Source of the DNA: a virus
Taxonomy: Duplodnaviria; Heunggongvirae; Uroviricota; Caudoviricetes
Virus record (IMG/VR): IMGVR_UViG_3300027608_000020
Strand: one strand, 5' to 3'
Length of the DNA stretch: 22,185 bases
Part shown: positions 8,401 to 12,483 of the stretch, piece by piece
Layout of the letters: each line of letters opens with the position of its first letter
Numbering within the stretch: position 1 is the stretch's first letter
Notes under the pieces: generated by a model
What the model saw: the letters and a program-made list of their open reading frames with translations, nothing else
Told to the model about the DNA's origin: nothing
Database searches by the model: none
Position numbers and translations under genes: made by a program

Positions 8401-9202
8401 TAGTTTCCAAAATTCTCGCTTTGCTAAAAAGGGTGTGGCGGAAAACAACCCTGCGGCAGGTATCAACAAAATGTTCAACAACCTAGGTGATCCTGTGTAT
8501 GCTAACCTACAACGAGTAGCTTTATTGGCCATGCAAGGCAGGCAGCAAGAAGCCTCCGGCCGCTTACAAACAGTGATCAAGGATGCTGATCCAGCTGTGC
8601 AGAAGAAAATCACAGATGCTGTGAACAACATCAAGCCTGTGACAATAAATGGTCGTGCGGCAGACTCTAGCACACTGGACAAAAGCAAACAGCACAATGA
8701 CTGGATCATCAACACATTCATTCCATGGGTGCAATCTTTATTGGGTAAGCAAGGTGTGGCGGAAGGTTCTAGCGGTGCCAAATACAAAGTAAGAAGCATC
8801 GGACAAGACAAGAAAGGTGAGTACTACATTAGCCCAAGCACCGGTGAGAAAGTCTACAAGAAAGCAAAAGTAGGCGACCACGAAGTACCCAATACTAAAG
8901 AAATTAAACCTAAAGTAGAAGCAATGATGCCTGCAAGTAACTTTGCAGGAAGTAAAAAGAATAAACTAGGTACAGCTGGGCAATTAAAAGCAACTGCTAA
9001 ACATGCTCGAGCAGGTGATCTAGTTGGTTCTGCAGAAAGTATACAATCCGAAGATCAACGTCTAGATCCTAAGTGTTGGAAGGGCTATCGCAAGCAAGGT
9101 ACTAAGATGAAGGGTGGTACTCGTGTTAATAATTGCGTCAAAGTTAGCGAAGATATTGAGAACAAGATGTCAGACTTAATCAGACTTCTAGAAAATAAAT
9201 AA
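2423..9202 (+). CDS. Giant modular protein (2,259 aa), putative head-packaged polyprotein with Pol-beta-like NTase, ligase-like and HxGH nucleotidyltransferase domains
   Basis: Uninterrupted ORF. N-terminus MILNELF; GGSS (2672) + GDID (2747-2758) + IQID (2909-2920); KVDG (4967-4978), CEV, EGIVL (5660-5674), VKI; HKGH (5822-5833), VGEDR, ISGTMLR (6209-6229); six [QK]GVAE repeats; C-terminal CWKGY...NCVK module. Confidence 0.85.
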   Translation: MILNELFKPKKTVPLFEGGNLELPNPNDPTAPYQADEIDLKVQNRSFMVGLLDKLLNDINGAFYSKYKKPLWNPNLLQSKQFLGGSSLHFFNTDGISDKEFTKHKPKVGDIDTQCNKELEPEIRDFLTAYDHKQIGDTTLLGFSQGSEQLNALFQFQDPPIKIQIDFEFGRYDTETDMPDEWYRFSHSSEWNDIQAGIKGVFHKYIYRALTSAHSSVKHQVDVKKTKTNIKPNVRDNDLSFAVASGQGGGLSQKYEPYINTDPETGEKQTHKDEVPYKRLIPSAQRTYIQNLDKQFYYFFGANPEGNDKELQKSFLGTLELINKYIPDPASKESVFMAFLDLCFEPGNAQMITKNDPERDQEIKFAAIDNFVKVGKLGKLRNTAIEMGKAYMDEFNEVQAYKKEHPEEKQPRAALKRAKAASQPANENFADTQTLEERRNKKRKARHAAYGPGLYGGYGYYADYSGDSSGDGGGGDGGGESIKNEDAMMGKIADSGKIIRILKKAHTVPFSDEKNWLLVDMDPAKGNNGLGIKWIPADTRFTWVRPYRDNVGQGVAEGATVTRIDSNPITDFGSSLKAYKHTDDWSQSGVDTGDDSYWKNKNLKTNTTKGLFAGDPRRTALYATGNAHETRYVEFTQNGQPIVYFDRKDLPAMRSRKTYLTVFDASDFRQLPTGEWFSENPSKPIKQVPIGDPFKYIADQGWIVRVTDDLDKVFKQVKNMHKAGKIAQYGAEGMNESKQGVAENFADGKNPQDKGDSKRHGVPTKASISTLRNVAKQGGRKGQLAHWMANMKAGKAKHESLNEAEVKAQLRKGMPHLKDLKAADFLDLLDEIHDGNGNFKLENMPLNVKVDGFGGRFGKNADGKPFMGTSRTEPRYAPGFVKYHQEKGTQDPEILGRAKLFDDLFVEMMNAVKLVDSKLGPDFLIDKQVSCEVLFLPFATETEEGKLKFVGIHYDKLPQGVQLALVPLNVVTASTGEPVENSQEVIKELTGLGQQSSVMFIDNSLTQNKALDVTAIVPPLENIEELKSIVSDTAGKRDRTSLELRKNVEAQLQPVKLALEKAIAEDPNIVGKDMLGKDYEGIVLNTRLGPVKITSTEQRAVIAGKQAAKTSARTERPRGESKTAVVAIGSFIGHKGHEELFNYTINKASELGGDPYLFIGNAEGKDDPIPPAVKVQTWHKLYPEYAKNISTVQQGGQLIQKIKHELINPLPNKPPRYDNIVIMVGEDRKDLNMPQALMKAVNKFQGYEHVKVSLGVTPRGTGISGTMLRNSLKSDPPEKALAVWSNAFDVKKLGEDWINHLMDITRKGMGIQQQTQQQPAPVAERLFNALMAPKVNESTSLESTIKNIVTNGESIAQLYEKLKAMAKRWVDNNGSLKGYHRNAAGQSAQWFNNFYWNKMQGDLYDLTKQASKYAPPLLAFLKDASEDRERHINFREISSSLPSILQQIGTRMGNKELSSFGANWNKRQQDYENYLAQIEAEVDTDDDDGYEEPKAPKDNTFGKQNVQADQIVNDILKNLPSKVAGDIRNAIARSPNKLQALQAELQKRGVKAPMAESLIESARMSAAVKLQRAWEREQAKSTASRKRGEEYMNQIKQDVANKNKKPDETKDESIMGFLATPKHSIEKKSTTSSADMRKYFEKDKPSKPEKTERGDGGEKIQRVYTRSDEDQETPQQQQVRAAITKGLEVHKQKGDAEYKTRLDRSNKVGTVPGHYFDPRGYASDKLSGIDSIDPNGTVVISLQDTSAEGWIKKLATLGGMPGVKTRQIQPGQGVAEDNLNELDMFAPRTVYFKMGDGNYIKADYRGSETIFGGGHKANDQVNFTSMSWVSTNTARSLGLDKTLAKGSDPNDTRSRNAQSIVSPQYVGQAGPWGNRSVDVVDFVNSKEETVPSELKTQVAQWVEKNRPKKGVAEGNLKEFAPGPGGGESGRWYTDDQLTDIVGDGWYNDLDVSGDIPKQQMIQQAQAWLDDQGYNVQVLNCKVNDDDMEWYIEGSFQNSRFAKKGVAENNPAAGINKMFNNLGDPVYANLQRVALLAMQGRQQEASGRLQTVIKDADPAVQKKITDAVNNIKPVTINGRAADSSTLDKSKQHNDWIINTFIPWVQSLLGKQGVAEGSSGAKYKVRSIGQDKKGEYYISPSTGEKVYKKAKVGDHEVPNTKEIKPKVEAMMPASNFAGSKKNKLGTAGQLKATAKHARAGDLVGSAESIQSEDQRLDPKCWKGYRKQGTKMKGGTRVNNCVKVSEDIENKMSDLIRLLENK
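3830..3859 (+). repeat. Perfect tandem 15-nt repeat GGTGATGGCGGGGGT x2 (GDGGG GDGGG linker)
   Basis: Read directly: 3830-3844 and 3845-3859, ending a Gly/Tyr-rich module. Confidence 0.9.
4079..4096 (+). repeat. GVAE repeat copy 1 (CAAGGTGTGGCGGAAGGA)
   Basis: In-frame QGVAEG; core GGTGTGGCGGA. Confidence 0.9.
4637..4651 (+). repeat. GVAE repeat copy 2 (CAAGGTGTGGCGGAG)
   Basis: In-frame QGVAE; 19 nt (4632-4650) identical to 8745-8763. Confidence 0.9.
7736..7750 (+). repeat. GVAE repeat copy 3 (CAGGGTGTAGCGGAA, one core mismatch)
   Basis: In-frame QGVAE; GTA instead of GTG. Confidence 0.85.
8147..8164 (+). repeat. GVAE repeat copy 4 (AAAGGTGTGGCGGAAGGC)
   Basis: In-frame KGVAEG. Confidence 0.9.
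8429..8443 (+). repeat. GVAE repeat copy 5 (AAGGGTGTGGCGGAA)
   Basis: In-frame KGVAE. Confidence 0.9.
8750..8767 (+). repeat. GVAE repeat copy 6 (CAAGGTGTGGCGGAAGGT)
   Basis: In-frame QGVAEG; 18 nt (8749-8766) identical to 4078-4095. Confidence 0.9.
9195..9201 (+). promoter_or_regulatory. Possible late promoter (ATAAATA) overlapping the giant-ORF stop, upstream of dps
   Basis: Same heptamer as 1494 and 1953; could be chance in AT-rich DNA. Confidence 0.35.
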
Positions 9203-9210
9203 CATATTAA

Positions 9211-9663
9211 ATGGATTTAAAAATGGAAGATTTACGTAAGGCTGCTAAGATAGGTTTCGCAAGCGAATTTAGTTTTTATCTAAAGGCGCATAACTACCAT
9301 TGGAATGTTGTGGGCAGTGACTTTTTAGAATATCATCAACTGTTTGGTGCTGTATACGAAGAAGTGTATGCAAGCATCGATATCTTTGCTGAAAAAATTC
9401 GTAGCTTAGGCACCTTTGTTCCCGGAAGTCTAAGCGCATTTAGTATGCTTAGTACAGTTCCAGATGAAAATAGTCTTCCACCTAAAGAAGCAATGGTTGC
9501 AGAATTATTGCAAGATAACGAACGCATGATAGAAGTTTTAAAATTAGTTTATGATCTAGCAGAAAAATACGGTGAACACGGATTTAGTAATTTCTTAGCA
9601 GAACGTATGGATGCACATCGTAAACACGGCTGGATGTTAAGTGCTAGCCTACAAGGACAATAA
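9211..9663 (+). CDS. dps: Dps family ferritin-like (DNA protection during starvation) protein
   Basis: LKAHNYHWNVVG...HQLF...YEE, DIFAEKIRSLG and HRKHGWML are Dps signatures. Alternative start ATG 9223 (MEDLRK). Confidence 0.93.
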   Translation: MDLKMEDLRKAAKIGFASEFSFYLKAHNYHWNVVGSDFLEYHQLFGAVYEEVYASIDIFAEKIRSLGTFVPGSLSAFSMLSTVPDENSLPPKEAMVAELLQDNERMIEVLKLVYDLAEKYGEHGFSNFLAERMDAHRKHGWMLSASLQGQ

Positions 9664-9664
9664 T

Positions 9665-10033
9665 ATGCGTTTTAAAGAATTCATTGTTGAAAAGAAAAAA
9701 GGTCATATTACTAAAAGAGTGCAACAGCCAAGTCGAGGGATTAATACCTACGGAGACGAGGAACGTGTAAGCGGTGATTATGTTTCATTTAAATTAGGAC
9801 AGGCAATGGCAATGGCCGACGGTTCAAATAAACCATTAGACATTGATGCAAAAAGCTGGCATGGAAAAAAGAAAACAACTCAACCTTATTCCGAAATAGA
9901 ACAAAAAATGTTTTTGCAAGCAGCCAAGGCTGTGGGAGCCAGTGCTGTAGACGTTAACAACGGCGATATGAAAAGCAAAGAGTTAGACGACACGCACACA
10001 GTAAGCCCTATAAGTAACTGGATGAAAAAATGA
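9665..10033 (+). CDS. Hypothetical protein with T4 internal-protein-like N-terminus (MRFKEFIVE)
   Basis: Start moved from 9641 to ATG 9665, right after the dps stop; N-terminus resembles T4 IPII/IPIII MKTYQEFIAE. Confidence 0.78.
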   Translation: MRFKEFIVEKKKGHITKRVQQPSRGINTYGDEERVSGDYVSFKLGQAMAMADGSNKPLDIDAKSWHGKKKTTQPYSEIEQKMFLQAAKAVGASAVDVNNGDMKSKELDDTHTVSPISNWMKK

Positions 10034-10488
10034 AAATACACGACCTAGTACAAGAAAATGACATGACCTCATTTTTTAAGAATCTTCAAAAAACAGATCC
10101 AAAGTTTAAAAATCTGCGAATTCACGGAGATCCAGAACATGACGAGTTACGTAAGCAAGATGAACTAAAACGTCAAGCAGACCGAACCGATCGTGAGGAT
10201 AAAGCACAACAGGCTAGGGCGGCACAGGTTGAACAAGATAGAAAAAATCTTCCACAATTAGTAAAACAACTTGAACAACTACGAGCACAGTTTGATCCTA
10301 ATTTTGAATATAGTGATGATCATAGTTTTTGGTCTAAGCAAAAAGATTTACAGAGTCAGTTATATGCACTACAAGCAAGAATAAATGCCGCAGGTGGTGC
10401 TCAAGAAAGTGCAAGCGGTGGTTCAACTAGCTCATCAGCTGTTCCACAAGGACCCGGCAAAGGTCGTCCAGATAGTATAGTAGTGTGA
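10030..10488 (+). CDS. Hypothetical coiled-coil protein with capsid-targeting-like N-terminus (MKIHDLVQE)
   Basis: 152 aa, Q/K/E-rich helical middle, C-terminal ESASGGSTSSSAV low-complexity module; ATGA overlap with the upstream gene. Confidence 0.78.
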   Translation: MKIHDLVQENDMTSFFKNLQKTDPKFKNLRIHGDPEHDELRKQDELKRQADRTDREDKAQQARAAQVEQDRKNLPQLVKQLEQLRAQFDPNFEYSDDHSFWSKQKDLQSQLYALQARINAAGGAQESASGGSTSSSAVPQGPGKGRPDSIVV

Positions 10489-10496
10489 GAAATATT

Positions 10497-10976
10497 ATGA
10501 ACAAAAAAACATTAAAAGAATTTAACGGTGAATATGATGACGAAGCAGGAATGGCTGCAGGTAGTCTTCATACACTAAAAAGAGCCGTAGATGGGCTAAT
10601 GAATACTATCGATGAAAACGATAACTTGCCAGAATGGTGTCAAGAAAAGATTTCTTTAGCTGAAGATTATCTGGTTACTGTTTGGGATTACATACAAAGC
10701 GAAAAAGCTCAAGGAAACGATCCAGAGATTAACGAAAATAAAAAAGGCGTTAAGGCTATGAAGCATACTAAAAAACCAAAACCTATCAATCCTGTAGCAA
10801 AACATGCTATGGCCTCATTGGGCGGCGGGGCGGCGGGCGCACATAAAGATAAAAAGAAAGCCGAAACTGTTCCACGTAAATCAAAGCATAAAAAGGCCGC
10901 AACAGTATCTGAAAGCTGGTACGAATTACGGTTACAAACTTTGCTAGAAGCTAATGTACGGGCTATGAAAAAATGA
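10497..10976 (+). CDS. Hypothetical modular protein (acidic helical module plus Lys-rich basic module), probable internal head protein
   Basis: ATG 10497 preferred over GTG 10485; modules separated by TLKE, EINE, TVSE (hydrophobic-x-E) sites. Confidence 0.75.
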   Translation: MNKKTLKEFNGEYDDEAGMAAGSLHTLKRAVDGLMNTIDENDNLPEWCQEKISLAEDYLVTVWDYIQSEKAQGNDPEINENKKGVKAMKHTKKPKPINPVAKHAMASLGGGAAGAHKDKKKAETVPRKSKHKKAATVSESWYELRLQTLLEANVRAMKK

Positions 10977-11221
10977 GTAGCTGGCCACAACGTAGATTAA
11001 CATCGGCAGACTTCTTACCAAAAGAAGAAGACGATTGCTTCTTACCGGCAGATGATCCAATGTGGCAACATACTAGTGTAGAAAAAATTAAAACACATGA
11101 ACCGACTATTGTGGTAAACCCAGACAATAGCGGCTCAGAAAAAGCTCGTATTATGCGCGAGCAAAATATCAAACCGGGAACAGATGCCTGGTTTAAACTT
11201 TGGTTCTCTCAAAAAAAATAA
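10973..11221 (+). CDS. Hypothetical protein
   Basis: 82 aa, ATGA overlap, C-terminal EKARIMREQNIKPGTDAWFKLWF. Confidence 0.7.
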   Translation: MSSWPQRRLTSADFLPKEEDDCFLPADDPMWQHTSVEKIKTHEPTIVVNPDNSGSEKARIMREQNIKPGTDAWFKLWFSQKK

Positions 11222-11225
11222 TCAT

Positions 11226-11798
11226 ATGCGGTTGTATGATCTAAATGAATCTAGCCCTGGGACATTCGAAGGCAGCAACACTCCTGATTTAATAAAAAGC
11301 AAAGAATGGTTGTGTGAAATACTAGTCGGATTAGATTTAGATATTTCAGAATTTTCAACAATCTATATACTAGGTTCATGGTATGGTAATATGGCCTATG
11401 CACTCAAACATGCCAGCATACCATTTAATAAAATTATAAATGTAGATACTAACAAAGATGTACTAGACAAGTCTGATAAAATGCTTCGGGCGGCGGGTAT
11501 TGATAATTTAGTAAGCATGGACAAAGATGCCAACACTTTAAATTATCAACAGGCAACCGCAGATAGTTTAATAATAAACACCAGCACAAAAGATATAGAA
11601 GGTACTGCATGGTATAAAAACATTCCACGCGGTATATTGATTGCACTACAAGGTAGAGATGCTGTTAAAGACCCGTTTAAAGATCTAAACGAATTTGATA
11701 AAACCTTCCCTATGTCGACTACCTTATTCTTAGGTAAAAAGACACTAGAAGATCCAGATACTGATTATCTCCGTTTTATGAAAATTGGCATAAAATAA
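11226..11798 (+). CDS. Putative class I SAM-dependent methyltransferase-like protein with capsid-targeting-like N-terminus (MRLYDLNE)
   Basis: ATG 11226 preferred (track start 11184 overlaps the upstream gene). IYILGSWYG (motif I-like), IINVD (acidic end of strand 2), KDAN, LIINTS. Confidence 0.6.
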   Translation: MRLYDLNESSPGTFEGSNTPDLIKSKEWLCEILVGLDLDISEFSTIYILGSWYGNMAYALKHASIPFNKIINVDTNKDVLDKSDKMLRAAGIDNLVSMDKDANTLNYQQATADSLIINTSTKDIEGTAWYKNIPRGILIALQGRDAVKDPFKDLNEFDKTFPMSTTLFLGKKTLEDPDTDYLRFMKIGIK

Positions 11799-11799
11799 G

Positions 11800-11828
11800 T
11801 TGACCTTTTAGTTTCTACCAAGTATAAT
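11800..11828 (+). promoter_or_regulatory. Sigma70-type promoter TTGACC-N17-TATAAT
   Basis: -35 at 11800-11805, 17-nt spacer, perfect -10 at 11823-11828, RBS AGGAG 11836-11840, ATG 11848. Confidence 0.85.
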
Positions 11829-11847
11829 AACACATAGGAGAATACTT

Positions 11848-12117
11848 ATGAGTAAAGCATTTGGTGCACCAGAACAGGCCAAGATTAAACAAATTATTGC
11901 AGAGGGTTGTACCGTCATGCAAGAGATTCAAGACCTAACAGAAGGTCTTAATGAAACTATCAAAGCGGTGGCAGAAGAACTAGAAGTTAAACCCAGTGTT
12001 ATCCGTAAAGCAATTAAAATTGCACAAAAAGATACATGGGATCAAGTATTCCGCGAGTTTGATGACTTGGAAACTATTGTAGATATCAGCGGACATGCCA
12101 ACCGCCGTGAAGATTAA
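11848..12117 (+). CDS. Small helical dsDNA-binding protein, T4 DsbA/GapR-like (tentative)
   Basis: 89 aa; coiled coil then KAVAEELEVKPSVIRKAIKIAQKD, a pattern resembling T4 DsbA; first gene after the promoter, upstream of the polymerase. Confidence 0.55.
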   Translation: MSKAFGAPEQAKIKQIIAEGCTVMQEIQDLTEGLNETIKAVAEELEVKPSVIRKAIKIAQKDTWDQVFREFDDLETIVDISGHANRRED

Positions 12118-12407
12118 TGATTGATACATTATTTAGGCCAACCTTACAATGGATTGATGATGACTGGCGCAGTAACAAGTTTAGGTTTACTGTTGAGTTA
12201 CTTGCTTGGGCTATTAGTATTGGTTGCTCAATCACTATGGCAGCAACTGTACCTAATCCGCCGCTGATCATACTATATCCTATCTGGATAGCAGGCTGTG
12301 CTATGTATGCTTGGGCTAGTTGGACTCGAAAGAGCTTTGGTATGTTGGCTAATTATATCCTGCTTGTAAGCATCGATACCATTGGCCTGATTAGGATGTT
12401 AGGTTAA
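12117..12407 (+). CDS. Small membrane protein, about 3 TM helices
   Basis: Three hydrophobic stretches (LLAWAISIGCSITMAATV; LIILYPIWIAGCAMYAWAS; FGMLANYILLVSIDTIGLI); TAATG coupling to the upstream gene. Confidence 0.75.
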   Translation: MIDTLFRPTLQWIDDDWRSNKFRFTVELLAWAISIGCSITMAATVPNPPLIILYPIWIAGCAMYAWASWTRKSFGMLANYILLVSIDTIGLIRMLG

Positions 12408-12417
12408 ATATATTGCA

Positions 12418-12475
12418 AAGGTTCAGCGAGCCATAAGTCGTTATATAGAAGGTTGCCGGCCATAAGCGGTAGGAG
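12418..12475 (+). promoter_or_regulatory. Tandem stem-loops with identical GCCATAAG loops abutting the polymerase RBS (putative translational operator)
   Basis: AGCGA-GCCATAAG-TCGTT (12425-12442) and TGCCG-GCCATAAG-CGGTA (12454-12471); AAGGTT at 12418-12423 and 12449-12454 at the 5' side of each; AGGAG at 12471-12475. Confidence 0.6.
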
Positions 12476-12483
12476 AAAAATTA

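Noticed and set aside
4079-8767. GVAE repeats as a CRISPR array
   Set aside because: The core is only 11-19 nt, non-palindromic, spaced hundreds to thousands of nt apart, always in frame in one ORF, with no cas genes.
11963-11978. GCGGTGGCAGAAGAA (AVAEE) as a seventh GVAE repeat
   Set aside because: It does not match the GGTGTGGCGGA core and lies within a helix of an unrelated small protein.
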